DNA of 64,000 nucleotides from Candidatus Undinarchaeales archaeon (GCA_030753015.1 JASMDC010000004.1:84046-148045), one strand, 5' to 3'. Numbered from the stretch's first letter, positions 37,906 to 48,585 are shown. The notes: generated by a model from the letters alone, not told the origin. Numbers and translations: made by a program.

Positions 37906-39056
37906 ACAACCTCCATCCCGATCTCCTCGTCGGTGAGGTAGCATGCCGGATCGGGTGCCCAGAGGTCGTGGTGGGCGGCCTCCGCCCGCACCCTGAGGTT
38001 CCCGTTGCACATGTCGAGGTAGCTGCATCCAGCACACCTCCCCGTGAGGAGCGTTTTACGGTTCCTGAGGTCCTTCAGCAGCGGTTGGTCCGGATCCGAC
38101 CAGATCTCGCTGAACCTGCGCTCCAGGATGCTCCCCACCGAGTGGTGGTGCCAGAACTGGTCGGCATGCACGAATCCGTTGAAGTCGACGCATCCTATGC
38201 CCGAGCCGGAGCTGTTCCCGCCGTTCATCCGGAAGAGCTCCCGGGCCTCCTGCGCCCTCTCGGGATCCTGTTCGAGCAGCTTCCGATAGACATAGGGGGC
38301 ATCGCAGTGGTTGTCCACGGTCAGGACCTCCACGTCCCTCCCGCTCCTGTCCAGTGCCTCGACCCTCTCTATCATGTGGTCGATGAAACCGCGCCTCTCG
38401 GCGTGCGACAGGTCGTCGTGGATCAGGTCTGCCGCTCTCCCCGAGTAGACCAGGTGGTAGAAGCACACCCGCGGTATCCCCTCCTCCTCAACAAGGTCGA
38501 ACATCCGGTAGGCGTCCGGAAGGTTGTGCCTCGTGAGTGTGAACCTCAGACCGGTCCTGAGCCCGGCCGAGATGCAGTTCCGGATCCCCTGCACAGCGGA
38601 AGCATAGGCGCCGTTCAGTCCCCTGAAGCGGTCGTTCGTCCCCTCCATCCCGTCCAGGCTTATCCCGATGTAGGAGAATCCCGCTCTCTTCAGTCTCCCG
38701 GCATTCTCCCTGGTGATGAGCGTCCCGTTGGTGGACAGGACAGTCCTCATCCCGAGATCCTTCGCCCTGCCTGCCAGGTCGAACAGGTCTTCCCTCATGA
38801 GGGGCTCACCTCCCGAGAATATGAGGACGGGCACGCCGAACTGAGCAAGATCGTCGATGAGGTCCTTCCCCTGCTCCGTGGTGAGCTCGTCCGGGCGGAT
38901 CCCGCCCTCGGCCCGGGCATAGCAGTGCACGCAGCTCAGGTTGCATCTTTGCGTGGTGTTCCAGACCACCACGGGCCTGCGGTGAACACCCCTCCGGTAC
39001 CGGAGGTGGTCACCCGCTCCCTCCCTTCCACACCATATCCTGGTTATATTGATAAT
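37902..39056 (-). CDS. ahbC: Radical SAM 12,18-didecarboxysiroheme deacetylase AhbC-like (probable ATT start)
   Basis: RPVVVWNTTQRCNLSCVHCYA, CFYHLVYSGR, LTVDNHCD, NGGNSSG, CNGNLRVRA, DPACY. The frame extends 28 codons upstream of the ORF-track GTG (IINITRIWCG..GDHLRY). Confidence 0.85.
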   Translation of the reverse strand: MINITRIWCGREGAGDHLRYRRGVHRRPVVVWNTTQRCNLSCVHCYARAEGGIRPDELTTEQGKDLIDDLAQFGVPVLIFSGGEPLMREDLFDLAGRAKDLGMRTVLSTNGTLITRENAGRLKRAGFSYIGISLDGMEGTNDRFRGLNGAYASAVQGIRNCISAGLRTGLRFTLTRHNLPDAYRMFDLVEEEGIPRVCFYHLVYSGRAADLIHDDLSHAERRGFIDHMIERVEALDRSGRDVEVLTVDNHCDAPYVYRKLLEQDPERAQEARELFRMNGGNSSGSGIGCVDFNGFVHADQFWHHHSVGSILERRFSEIWSDPDQPLLKDLRNRKTLLTGRCAGCSYLDMCNGNLRVRAEAAHHDLWAPDPACYLTDEEIGMEVV

Positions 39057-39574
39057 GTCCGATCAACTTCCCCTGTGACGGCTGCTATCGCCCGTTCCAC
39101 GATGCGGCCGTTGCTCGTCTTCTTGAACTGCCTCGTGCTGAAGAGGATGAGGTAGTTCGCGATCCCGGTGGAGTCGCTCATCTCCTGCACGAGCCCCTCG
39201 ACCGTTGCACGATCACGGCCGTGGAGTACGGTGAACAGGTTGTACGTCCATCGGCCGGGCACCGTCCCGCGGAGGATGCAGTGTGTCACCCGCTCGTTTC
39301 CCGCGAACGCCGTCCCCACGTCCTCGATCCGGCTCTGCGGCACCTCCCAGGCTACCAGGGCGTTGGCAACGATCCCCACCCTTCTGTGGTTTATCGATGC
39401 ACCGAAGCGGCGTATCACGCCATTCTCCTTCAGCCTCTTCAGCCTCGTCACGACCTCGTCCTCGCTCAGGCCTGTGACCCTGGCTATGTCGCGGAAGGGC
39501 TCTGGCACGAGCGGTATCCCGTCCTGGGTGGCTCGCAGTAGGGCGACATCCCTCCCATCCAACTGAGGCTCCAT
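39044..39574 (-). CDS. ahbB: Siroheme decarboxylase beta subunit
   Basis: Lrp-like fold, IRRFGASINHRRVG, THC..R, WTYNLFTVLHG, FKKTS. Confidence 0.87.
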   Translation of the reverse strand: MEPQLDGRDVALLRATQDGIPLVPEPFRDIARVTGLSEDEVVTRLKRLKENGVIRRFGASINHRRVGIVANALVAWEVPQSRIEDVGTAFAGNERVTHCILRGTVPGRWTYNLFTVLHGRDRATVEGLVQEMSDSTGIANYLILFSTRQFKKTSNGRIVERAIAAVTGEVDRTLSI

Positions 39575-39576
39575 GA

Positions 39577-40068
39577 CTACCGCCCGCCCATGTTGAAGTT
39601 CACCCTTACCTTGAAGAGGCGTTCTGTGGGGAGGTTCAGGACATCGCCTTCAGAGATCCCTGTCCTCATGTGTATCTCGGAGAGGAGGTGGGTCAGGCTC
39701 TCTCGGTCAGGTGCGGTGAGCGTGAACCAGACGTTGTATATGTGGTCCCTCTCGTAGTTGTGTGAGACCTCATCGTAGCCGTTGATGATCCCCACGATCT
39801 CGGAGAGCTTCCTGGAGGGCACCTTCATCGCCACCAAGGTCGCAGCCCTCAGCCCCACCTTCCGTGCGCTTATCACGGGGCCCAGCTTTCTCACAATCCC
39901 CTCCTCGCTCAGCCGTCTCAGCCGCGCCAGCACCTCCTCGCCGCTCAGGCCAAGCCCCCTGCCGATCTCCGCCCACGGCTCCTCTGTCAGGGGTATCTCC
40001 CTCTGTACCGCATCCAGAAGCTGCCTGTCCGGGCCATCAAGCCCTTCATCCACATCTCTTTCGGGCAT
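39577..40068 (-). CDS. ahbA: Siroheme decarboxylase alpha subunit
   Basis: IPLTEEPW, VSHNYERDHIYNVWFT, FKVRVNF. Confidence 0.87.
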   Translation of the reverse strand: MPERDVDEGLDGPDRQLLDAVQREIPLTEEPWAEIGRGLGLSGEEVLARLRRLSEEGIVRKLGPVISARKVGLRAATLVAMKVPSRKLSEIVGIINGYDEVSHNYERDHIYNVWFTLTAPDRESLTHLLSEIHMRTGISEGDVLNLPTERLFKVRVNFNMGGR

Positions 40069-40076
40069 GCAAGGAC

Positions 40077-40460
40077 CTACTCCACCGTCAGCTCTCCGGT
40101 CATGTCCATGTGATGGTTGGAGCACCACACCGTGCACATGAAGGGGAAGGTCCCCTTCCTGTCGGGCGTGAACTCGATCACCTTCACGTGCCCGGCCTTG
40201 ATCTCGGGGGCCGCGACATCGAACGCCGGCAGGGCGAACCCGTGGCTCACGGTGTCGACGTTCCTGATGCGCATGGTGACCTTCTCCCCCACAGGGACCG
40301 TGACGTGCCTCGGTTGCCAGTTTCCCCTCTCGGGTGCCCTGGCGATGAGGTCCACTGTGTATGCGCTGCTCCGGTAGCTCTCGGCCCCGAGTATAGCTGC
40401 GACGACGCCCACCGTGGAGATGAGCACGATGATGACTGCAATCATTTCTCGTATTTCCAT
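40077..40460 (-). CDS. Membrane-anchored cupredoxin with a CuA-type site (oxidase subunit II-like)
   Basis: N-terminal TM helix; SHGF...CTVWCSNHHMDM matches H..CxxxCxxxHxxM. Confidence 0.87.
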   Translation of the reverse strand: MEIREMIAVIIVLISTVGVVAAILGAESYRSSAYTVDLIARAPERGNWQPRHVTVPVGEKVTMRIRNVDTVSHGFALPAFDVAAPEIKAGHVKVIEFTPDRKGTFPFMCTVWCSNHHMDMTGELTVE

Positions 40461-40464
40461 GTCC

Positions 40465-42318
40465 TCACCCCAGGAACAGCTTCAGGAACCCCAACGTCGC
40501 CAGCGTCAGGAAGCAGAGCATGGGAAGCCAGCCACGCTGTGCCTCTCCGGGTTCAGGATAGGTCTGCTTGGACAGCCGGTAGCCGAACGCGATACAGAAC
40601 AGCTGGAACACGATCAGGACGGCTCCCTGCAGGTACCCCATCACATCCGTGAACACAGGTGTCCAGGGGAAGTTCGCCGTGCCCAACAGGTTCCATCCCC
40701 AGGCGAAGGGATCGGAGATCACGTGCAGGAGATAGCTCCCGTTCGGGAGAAGTATGCCGAGGCTGAACGCTATCCACACGCCAAGACCCATGGGGACGAG
40801 GGTGTAGGAGAAGTTCACGAACACCCTCTTCAGCGACACCTCCCTGTTCCCGCTCGCAAGCTTCGAAAGATAGGCGAACACGCCGAACACGGCGGGTAGG
40901 GCGATGAGGCTGACCGTCGAGTGGATGGCGATGAACGTCAGGAATCCCGAGTAGGTCGTTGCCCTCATCATGTCCTTGAGCTCGCCGTAGGGACCCTGGT
41001 AGATTATGAAGAAGACCACGGCGATACCCAGCATGATGAAGCCCTTCCACGCCTCGTCAAGCCCCCTCTTCTCCCTCTTGGTCTCCACCAGCAGGTCCAC
41101 ACCGGGAGGCCTCAGGTTGAACGCCATGTTGTCGTGGGGGCAGGTCTTGAAGCACTCGAGGCACATGCCGCAGTAGGTGTTCTTCTTGAAGTCGAAGGGG
41201 GTCAGGAGCCAGGGGCATCCGTGCCCCTCCTCACTTCCCACGAAGCATGTCTTGGGTGTGTGGCCCTTACAGATTTCCGGGTCCTTGCACCGAATCTCGC
41301 TCATGGCGAACTGGGAATAGAGCGCCTGGAACCCGGAGACGGGACACATGTACAGGCAGAAGGACCGCTTCTTGTACACCAGCCCTACGATGAACGAGGC
41401 CAGGATGACGGCTCCCAGGAGGATGAAGCTTGCCAGCGGCTTCACGGTCATGAATCCGGAGAAGAACGTGGTGCCCAGGAACAGGAAGTTCATGACCCAC
41501 ATGTTCTTGAGGCTCTTGGGCCACGGCTTGTTCAGGCCCGATTGCTTCCCCGGCTTGACCTCGATCACCGCTCCCCGGTGGTACCAGTCGGAGAAGAGGG
41601 GGAACGGGCACACCATGCACCACGTCCGGGCGAAGAAGGGTACCAGGATGAACATCAGCATGACCCACCAGAGGATCCATACGAACATCACTCCCACGTT
41701 GTAGTTACCGGCCGAGTACCCCCCCACGAACATGGAGAGGAGGAGGGCGAAGAAGAAGAGGAGGTTGACCAGGATGGCTCCGAGGGGGAACCACCTCGAC
41801 TTGAAGAGCGTCCTTATGGGCTTGAAGCTCGTGAGGTCGAACCGCCAGTCCAGGTCGATGAGCCCGAACAGCTTGTCCTTCGCAGGCTTGTCACCGTTCC
41901 CTTCCCGAGCCATCACAATCAGGCTTCCCAATGCCACGAGCACCGCCAGGGCCGCGTACCCGTTGAACGGCGAGTTGGGCTCGACGTAGAGGTGGCCGAC
42001 CATGTAGGGATGGAACTCCCCGCAGGTCACCGAACACCTGAAGGTGAACCGACCCGGTTTGTCGGCGACGAACGTGATAACACCGTCCTGTCCTGGATGG
42101 GCCTTGGTCTGGACCTCATATCCGTCTAGGAACAGTCCGTGGTGCACGTCCTCGCTCGTCAGGCGGATCGTCACCACGTCACCCTCGTTTACCTTGATGA
42201 CGCCGGGCGTATAGGAGAACGTCTTTCCGCTGACCTCGATGTATCTCTCCTCGGCAACGACAAAAGGCGCGATGAGAAGGCCTACCAGGAGGGCCAGCGC
42301 CAGTACCCTGATCATCAT
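40465..42318 (-). CDS. CuA cupredoxin fused to a NapH/NosR-like polytopic 4Fe-4S membrane protein
   Basis: Signal peptide; HHGL..CSVTCGEFHPYM; multiple TM helices; RTWCMVCP, RSFCLYMCP, CKGH..C..GCPW, CGMCLECFKTCP. Confidence 0.85.
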   Translation of the reverse strand: MMIRVLALALLVGLLIAPFVVAEERYIEVSGKTFSYTPGVIKVNEGDVVTIRLTSEDVHHGLFLDGYEVQTKAHPGQDGVITFVADKPGRFTFRCSVTCGEFHPYMVGHLYVEPNSPFNGYAALAVLVALGSLIVMAREGNGDKPAKDKLFGLIDLDWRFDLTSFKPIRTLFKSRWFPLGAILVNLLFFFALLLSMFVGGYSAGNYNVGVMFVWILWWVMLMFILVPFFARTWCMVCPFPLFSDWYHRGAVIEVKPGKQSGLNKPWPKSLKNMWVMNFLFLGTTFFSGFMTVKPLASFILLGAVILASFIVGLVYKKRSFCLYMCPVSGFQALYSQFAMSEIRCKDPEICKGHTPKTCFVGSEEGHGCPWLLTPFDFKKNTYCGMCLECFKTCPHDNMAFNLRPPGVDLLVETKREKRGLDEAWKGFIMLGIAVVFFIIYQGPYGELKDMMRATTYSGFLTFIAIHSTVSLIALPAVFGVFAYLSKLASGNREVSLKRVFVNFSYTLVPMGLGVWIAFSLGILLPNGSYLLHVISDPFAWGWNLLGTANFPWTPVFTDVMGYLQGAVLIVFQLFCIAFGYRLSKQTYPEPGEAQRGWLPMLCFLTLATLGFLKLFLG

Positions 42319-43160
42319 GTCCCCGCCTCCAAAGAGACGAAGTCGGAAATCGATTTCCTGCCGCCCCTGTCGCCGCTCGCACCGTCCCATACGGCGAACG
42401 CGATGGAGTAGGTCTCCCCGGGAGTGAAGGCGGCGTCCACCTCCGGATCGGAGGCGGTGAGCGAGCGCCTGAACATGACGTGCCAAGTGCCGTCGATCCA
42501 GAAGCCCCTGCCCTCCACCAGGCTCACGTTCTTGCGGGTTAGCGTGGCGATCCCTGTTGCGATTATGTCATTTACGGCAGATACGTGTTCGAGGCCCATG
42601 ACCGTGAGCGTCTCATTCTCCTCGAAGGGATAGTAGTAATCCGCGTACACCCTGGCCCCCGGCCCCTTTCCCGACCAGAACTCCCTGTCCTGGTTGGCCT
42701 TCCATTGCCAGATATTGGAGCTCCCCATGAAGCCCATCATGAGGGTCGAGTTGGGCACGTCCTCGCCCAGAGGGAACATGATGGCGTTAGCGTCGGAGAA
42801 CGTGTTCCCCCCATGGATCTCGTCCAAGGTATCGTCCTTATAGCTCAAATAGAAGTAGATGTCCTTCTTATTGTGGAAGGCCTTCACGGTTACGGACGGC
42901 ACCGAATCCTTCGGCCACGGGAGGACCATCAACTGGTAGAACAGCTTGATCTCCTTGGAATCGATGCCCTCCCACTCGTCCAACGACGTCGCCCCCCTGA
43001 AATCGATGTCCTTGTCGATAAAGGGAGCCTTGAGGACCACCCGTTCATACTCGTAGTCGGCAGGGATGCCCCATGCATGTTGCATGCCGTAACGGACCAG
43101 GCCCAGGAACAATGCAATCAAGACGATAGACAATACTATGACGGTGTTCTTCTTCATCAT
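42315..43160 (-). CDS. EbdC-like (DOMON) heme-b gamma subunit, copy 1
   Basis: Clear paralog of 35880..36722 (VKAFHN, AIMFP, MMG, WHVMFRRSL, AFAVWDG..RGGRK). Confidence 0.85.
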   Translation of the reverse strand: MMKKNTVIVLSIVLIALFLGLVRYGMQHAWGIPADYEYERVVLKAPFIDKDIDFRGATSLDEWEGIDSKEIKLFYQLMVLPWPKDSVPSVTVKAFHNKKDIYFYLSYKDDTLDEIHGGNTFSDANAIMFPLGEDVPNSTLMMGFMGSSNIWQWKANQDREFWSGKGPGARVYADYYYPFEENETLTVMGLEHVSAVNDIIATGIATLTRKNVSLVEGRGFWIDGTWHVMFRRSLTASDPEVDAAFTPGETYSIAFAVWDGASGDRGGRKSISDFVSLEAGT

Positions 43161-43723
43161 GCATCCCTCCCGAGGAAGCGTTCATCGGATTCCAGGAACT
43201 CGAGCAGTTCCTGTGCGGTCTCCCGATAGAAACCGTTCTCGGACTTGGCGAGGATCGCTTCCGCTATCTTCGTTGCCGCGGGATGTACGTGCCTGCGGAA
43301 GAACTTCCTCTCCGCATCCTGGCATATCCGGGCCTTCTCGCGGGCGTCCTCGGTGTCGCCGTTCTTGAGGGCATGAAGCCTTTTGAAGATGAGATAGTGC
43401 ATGAACTCGAGCTCGCCTGACAGGGAATCCGGTCGGTCCCTGTCCGGCTCAACGCCGAAGGCCCGGTAGAACCCCATGATGTCGGCCAACTCGTTCGACC
43501 GCTGGAACTCGTTCTTCGCAAGGTGCTCCGTCCCGTAGAGCCAGACCTCGCTGGCCCTGAAGAGCCCGTCATATGCCCGCTTCAGCTCGTCCAGTTCCTT
43601 GTTCGAGAACGAACCCTTGAAGAATGAGAGGAATTGATCGTCGGGGTACGAGAACGCAACGGCGAAGCTCTTGTAGGTGAGCATCCGGTCCCTCTCGCCC
43701 CTTTCCTTCTTGCTCATGTCCAT
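43157..43723 (-). CDS. TorD/NarJ/EbdD-type chaperone (delta subunit)
   Basis: ELADIMGFYRAFG..DRPDSLSGELEFMHYL; GGAGGTG RBS upstream of the start. Confidence 0.85.
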   Translation of the reverse strand: MDMSKKERGERDRMLTYKSFAVAFSYPDDQFLSFFKGSFSNKELDELKRAYDGLFRASEVWLYGTEHLAKNEFQRSNELADIMGFYRAFGVEPDRDRPDSLSGELEFMHYLIFKRLHALKNGDTEDAREKARICQDAERKFFRRHVHPAATKIAEAILAKSENGFYRETAQELLEFLESDERFLGRDA

Positions 43724-43739
43724 CACCTCCGTCACAGGC

Positions 43740-44879
43740 TCAGCTGATGCTGATCCTATGGACATCCCGTTGTCCGTCATAGACGTCCCTCACGACGATC
43801 GGCTCCTTCAACGGCACCTTGATGATCTCCTTCCCGTCCGCGTCATACCCATAACAGGAGCCGCTGTCCAGGTCCCCCTCGACCTTGAACGAGTGGATGA
43901 TATTGTCGGTGGCGCCGAAGAGCATCAGGAGACCGATGAGGTTCATGTCCTCGGTGGCCTTCTTGTAGCGCTCGACCGCCTCATTTGCACCGGGACCGAA
44001 GAGCTGTCGGTTGAAATCCTCCGGTACATGGATGGGGGGGATGTAGTACACGTTAGGCTCGGTGCCGAACTGCGGATAGAGGGGACGCGCGATCTTTGCG
44101 ATGTGTACGAGGTAGTCGATAGGGTTGTCCTCTCTCGGAGCGTCGGGAGGGCTGATGAAACCGAACATACGAATCTTGCCAATGCAGTTCTGGACGCACT
44201 GGGTCTGTTTGTCGTTCTCGATAGCGGGGTAGCAGGAGATACATTTCTCCGAGTTCCCCGTGTGGGACCGGAACATTGATTTCTTGTAGGGACACGCACG
44301 CACGCATTCCTGGTAGCCACGACACCTCTTCTGGTCGATGAGCACAATGCCGTCGTCCCGTTTGTAGATGGCCTTTCGCGGGCAGGCGGCCACACATGCA
44401 GGATATGTGCAATGGTTGCATATCCGCGCCAGGTAGAACATCCACCGATTGTGGGGCACCTTGATGAACTCGCCCTGCTTGACCGCCTCGTTCACCTCGT
44501 CCTCGCCGATGTTCGGATAGGTGTAGTCCTCCTCGTCGGGGATAAAGCCGAGTATCTCCTCGCCGAAGGACGGGCTCTCGAAGATCGTGTCGCCAACGTA
44601 CCTGTCCCCCCTCCATTTCTGTGTCCCGAGCTTCTCCAGGAGCCTCACATCCCAGCCAAGCGGATAGAACCCCCAAGGCTTGGTTTCCACGTTGTTCCAG
44701 AACATGAACTCCTGGCCCTTTCCGGAGGTCCATGCGTTCTTGCAGGCAATGGTGCACGTCTGGCAGGCGATGCACTTGTTCGTGTCGAAGATCCAGGCCA
44801 CTTGCTTCTCGTGACGCTTCGATGGATACTTGTAGTCCATCTCCCTCCCGATCTGCCAGTTATAGGCCTTGTACGTCAT
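43740..44879 (-). CDS. Type II DMSO-reductase-family beta subunit (NxrB/NarH-like)
   Basis: [72 protein letters not shown]. Confidence 0.92.
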   Translation of the reverse strand: MTYKAYNWQIGREMDYKYPSKRHEKQVAWIFDTNKCIACQTCTIACKNAWTSGKGQEFMFWNNVETKPWGFYPLGWDVRLLEKLGTQKWRGDRYVGDTIFESPSFGEEILGFIPDEEDYTYPNIGEDEVNEAVKQGEFIKVPHNRWMFYLARICNHCTYPACVAACPRKAIYKRDDGIVLIDQKRCRGYQECVRACPYKKSMFRSHTGNSEKCISCYPAIENDKQTQCVQNCIGKIRMFGFISPPDAPREDNPIDYLVHIAKIARPLYPQFGTEPNVYYIPPIHVPEDFNRQLFGPGANEAVERYKKATEDMNLIGLLMLFGATDNIIHSFKVEGDLDSGSCYGYDADGKEIIKVPLKEPIVVRDVYDGQRDVHRISIS

Positions 44880-47800
44880 TGGACGAACCCTCCCTTGATG
44901 AACCTCTTCATCACGTCGCTCTCGTACATCGGCCTCAGGCCCAGGCGGGCGGGTCTCCACAACTTGTTCCCCTCGTAACCCCCGTCCTCGGCTTTAGTGA
45001 ATTTCACGAAGCTGTCCCGGGGAGCCCCGTTGGGACAGTTCACGTCCGCCGCGAATCCCTTTCCTATCACGGGGCCGATGGTGTTCTTCCTAACGAGGCT
45101 GTCCGTCATGAGCGTGGGCCTCAGCCATCCCCTCGTGCAGCTCTGGTGTGAGCCGAACCGGTACATGGCCTGGTACCCGGTCCTCGGATTCCTGGCGAGG
45201 CCATCGGCGTTCTCCAGGTGTCCCTGGACCGAGCCATAGCTTGCGCCGTACATGTGAAACCACGAACGAGAGATCGTCGGGGGGATGCCAAGATAATATC
45301 TGGCGCGCAGCATCAGCCGCGAGAGCCTGTACTCCTCGCTTCCCTCCTTCTTCTCTCCACGATACGGTCGGTCCTCGGGATCGGCATCGACCCAGATATA
45401 ATCACCGTCCTCGATACCCAGGGCCTTGGCATCCTGAGGGTTGATATCGACGTACCCTTCACCCACCCAGGGCATGCGCTTGTCCCTTCGGTACGGATCA
45501 CCGAATGGACCGAAAAACATGGCGATGACGTCGATGTCCACGGGCATGGTATGTGAGGAATGCCGGTATTTAGGGGTGATGTAGACGTGTGAGAAGCCTT
45601 CCTTCTTCAGGGGATGGGACGACACTAAAAGCTCGTTCGGCGTCATGACGACGTTCCTCACCTGACGTACCTCGCCGGAGCGGTCGTCCTTCGCAATCCC
45701 GTACGCCTCCGGTCCCGTGGGTCTGAGGGCAGGGTGTGGTTTTGCAACGATCACGTTCGGCTCGTACATTGTCCCGTCCACTGTCTCCCGGTGAACGGGC
45801 AGGTTCTCCCCGTACTCGATGAACTCGTCCTCGTCCCGGTAGAACTCGAGCCTTCCCGTCTTGGAGTACCACTGCTTGTCCTCGTTGGACTGCTCCCAAC
45901 CGATTATCTTGGGGTAGGTGCGGCTCATCATGAGGGCGGGTATCCCCTGAGCGGAATTCTTCGCCAGTTCGGCGAAATCATACCCCTTCGTCATGGAGGT
46001 TGCGTCCATGATCCTCTGGATGTAGACGCCGACCTTCCCCTCGTTGACGAACTTCCAGTAATCGTTGAACCGTTCGTCCCCCAGGATCCTTGCCAGGGCA
46101 GCCGATACACCGGAATACACCTCGATGTCGCCCCTCGTATCGTGTATCCGCTCGAGCGGTGACGGGGTGAAGATCTGCAGGAAGGGATTGGTCACCGAGG
46201 CGGTGGCGTCCGGATGCTTGAACTCGCCCCAGGAGTCCACGGGATAGACCACGTCCGCATACTCGCAGGACGCCGTCCACCACCACTCGCTCACGGCCAT
46301 CATCTCGATCTTTGGAAGGACATTCACCACCATGTCGTAATGCCCCTTCAGGTTGCCGAAGATGGAGTTGGCGTTGCAGAACATGAGCGACTTGGTGGGG
46401 GTGGGGATGTGGGACGCGCCGGTGAACATCTTGTTCCCCACCTTCAGCGGATGGTCCCCGTGGTTGTAGTAATGCGCCGATTCGAACTTGAAGTACCGTT
46501 TCAGCCTCGAGCTCTTCTCCTCATCGAGCTCGATGTCGAACGGGTTCTCCGCGATGTACTTGCCCATGCCGTCGAAGTACGCTGCTCGGTAGTTCCCCGC
46601 AAAGCTACCGACGTTTCCGCCGTGCGTCCCCACGTTCTTGGTGAGGGCGCACACCAGAAAGATTGCCCGATCCTTCAGGTCTGCGTTGAAGAACTGGTTG
46701 GGGCCCATCCCAACGGCGATGAGGGTCTTTCCCTTGTTCGCAGCGATGTCGCGTGCAAGGCTCGTGATCGCCTCCTTGGGCGCCCACGTGAGCCTTGAGA
46801 CAGTTTCGGGATCGAAGTTCTCCGTGAGGTACTCCGATATGAGGCTGAACACGGTCCTGACCTCGACCTTCGTGTCGCCGATGTCGATCTCGCGCGCGGC
46901 ATCCAGGTCGGGTGAGATCCCTTTCTCCTTGAAGTACTTGCCGACCTCGTCACGGGTCACAGCCGCGAGTCCATCCTTGCTCTCGTCCCACACGACGAAG
47001 TTGCCCCACTCATCGAGCAGCGTCTCGGATATGACCTGCTTCCCATCCGCCTTTATCGGGGCGGGAGCGCTCTCGCCCTTCTTGAGGACGATGGTCTCCC
47101 TTCTCTCGGTGGGAGGGGCAAAGCCCGGGAGCACGTCCTCGGCACGAACCAGCTTGAGGGTGTCCATCCTCACCAGGAGCGGGAGGTCCGTTCTGCTGTT
47201 AACGTACTCCTCGTCGTACAGCCCTTCCTTGATGATCACGTAGGCCAGCCCCAGGGCGAAGACGGGATCGGAGGCGGGCCTGATGATGATCACCTCGTCG
47301 GACTTGGAGGCGACCGACGAGTATTCCACGGTCACGGTAACGACCTTGGAGCCCTTCACCCGGGCCTCGGTGAGCCAGTGGGCGTCGGGCATCTTGGTGG
47401 ATATCCAGTTCATTCCCCAGGGTATGATCAGCTTTGCGTTCTCTGCATCCACGAGGTCGAAATCAACCGTCTGCTGACCCGTCACCATGGGGTGGCCGGG
47501 AGGCAAATCCGTGTGCCAGGTGTAGTTGTCCCATCCCTTCGCCCCAAGTGCGGTCTCCGGGGTCGTCCCCCTGATATGGGTGTCAAGGAGGGCCAGGGAG
47601 TTCGCGAAGCGATACATCCCGAACACGCGTGTGATCCCCAACAACGGCATGCCACCGCGGAACTTGAGCACCTGGGTGCCTGCGCCCTTGGTGGCCTCGA
47701 TCACCTCCGGGTCGTAGAGGAGCTCGCCCGTCCTCTCGTCCGTCTGGATCCCGAGCAACTTCTGACCCGCATCTCCGCTGTAAGTGGTGGCAATGTTGAT

Positions 47801-48349
47801 CATCGACTTGGCGACTATATCGAAGATCTCGTCCCAGGAGACCTTCACGAAGTTCTCCTTGCCCCGATTGAAATACTCCAGCGGCGGTCTACCGTCCTCG
47901 CCCCGGGGGAAGCCCGCCTCGATCCATCTCTTGAAGCCCTCCCTGACCATGGGATACTTGACCCGCCTCGGTCCGTAGATCCTGCGGATCAGCGTCAGGC
48001 CCTTCTGACACAGTCGCGGCTCCCATCGTGGGGATGCGGTGTTGCCGTACAGGTCCTTCGCCTTACTATAGCCGTAGCTGGGTCCGATCCTCGTGATGAC
48101 GCCGTTCTTGACATAGGCCTTGAGGAGGCAGTTGTGGGTGTCATTGGGCGCGCACATGAAGTGGAACGTGGAGTCATGCCTGAACTGGTCCCGGTAGATC
48201 TTCTCCCAGTCCCTCTCCGGATAGTGGTCCAGGGGATTGTCGGTCGTTGTAGAGTACACGAGATTCGAGAGGAGCGGCTTGCTCAACGCAAGCCCGGCAA
48301 GACCGGTCAAGGAAAGCGTCAGGAACTTCCTACGTGGTATCTGTTTCAT
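44876..48349 (-). CDS. Tat-exported type II DMSO-reductase-family alpha subunit, periplasmic NXR/NAR-like
   Basis: Tat motif PRRKFL; [13 protein letters not shown]; [12 protein letters not shown]0 motif; [13 protein letters not shown] (Asp Mo ligand); [10 protein letters not shown]; TGRLEFY. Reaction direction and substrate not determinable from sequence. Confidence 0.87.
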   Translation of the reverse strand: MKQIPRRKFLTLSLTGLAGLALSKPLLSNLVYSTTTDNPLDHYPERDWEKIYRDQFRHDSTFHFMCAPNDTHNCLLKAYVKNGVITRIGPSYGYSKAKDLYGNTASPRWEPRLCQKGLTLIRRIYGPRRVKYPMVREGFKRWIEAGFPRGEDGRPPLEYFNRGKENFVKVSWDEIFDIVAKSMINIATTYSGDAGQKLLGIQTDERTGELLYDPEVIEATKGAGTQVLKFRGGMPLLGITRVFGMYRFANSLALLDTHIRGTTPETALGAKGWDNYTWHTDLPPGHPMVTGQQTVDFDLVDAENAKLIIPWGMNWISTKMPDAHWLTEARVKGSKVVTVTVEYSSVASKSDEVIIIRPASDPVFALGLAYVIIKEGLYDEEYVNSRTDLPLLVRMDTLKLVRAEDVLPGFAPPTERRETIVLKKGESAPAPIKADGKQVISETLLDEWGNFVVWDESKDGLAAVTRDEVGKYFKEKGISPDLDAAREIDIGDTKVEVRTVFSLISEYLTENFDPETVSRLTWAPKEAITSLARDIAANKGKTLIAVGMGPNQFFNADLKDRAIFLVCALTKNVGTHGGNVGSFAGNYRAAYFDGMGKYIAENPFDIELDEEKSSRLKRYFKFESAHYYNHGDHPLKVGNKMFTGASHIPTPTKSLMFCNANSIFGNLKGHYDMVVNVLPKIEMMAVSEWWWTASCEYADVVYPVDSWGEFKHPDATASVTNPFLQIFTPSPLERIHDTRGDIEVYSGVSAALARILGDERFNDYWKFVNEGKVGVYIQRIMDATSMTKGYDFAELAKNSAQGIPALMMSRTYPKIIGWEQSNEDKQWYSKTGRLEFYRDEDEFIEYGENLPVHRETVDGTMYEPNVIVAKPHPALRPTGPEAYGIAKDDRSGEVRQVRNVVMTPNELLVSSHPLKKEGFSHVYITPKYRHSSHTMPVDIDVIAMFFGPFGDPYRRDKRMPWVGEGYVDINPQDAKALGIEDGDYIWVDADPEDRPYRGEKKEGSEEYRLSRLMLRARYYLGIPPTISRSWFHMYGASYGSVQGHLENADGLARNPRTGYQAMYRFGSHQSCTRGWLRPTLMTDSLVRKNTIGPVIGKGFAADVNCPNGAPRDSFVKFTKAEDGGYEGNKLWRPARLGLRPMYESDVMKRFIKGGFVQ

Positions 48350-48585
48350 TGCAATCCCCTGCTATCAATATCGAGTAGAAGCAAGAACAAAAAAAGGAAA
48401 TAAGCTTTAAAAATGATGCGTTGACACCCTTAACTATCGAAGGTTTTTCCGGGGTTTGACCTTCCATCTTTCATCGGTCGTGGACAAGGATACATCCTCG
48501 AGCGCCGTTGGGATCGGTCAGCCCCGTGCCCACCTTCGTGACAATTACAAGGCGACCTGTCGTCGTTGACGATAGAACCCCATTA

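Noticed and set aside
39044-40068. Two extra Lrp/AsnC regulators
   Set aside because: The SHNYER and THC..R motifs and the position next to ahbC/ahbD identify them as AhbA and AhbB.
40077-40460. Terminal heme-copper oxidase or N2O reductase
   Set aside because: Only CuA domains are present; there is no oxidase subunit I or NosZ propeller in the window.
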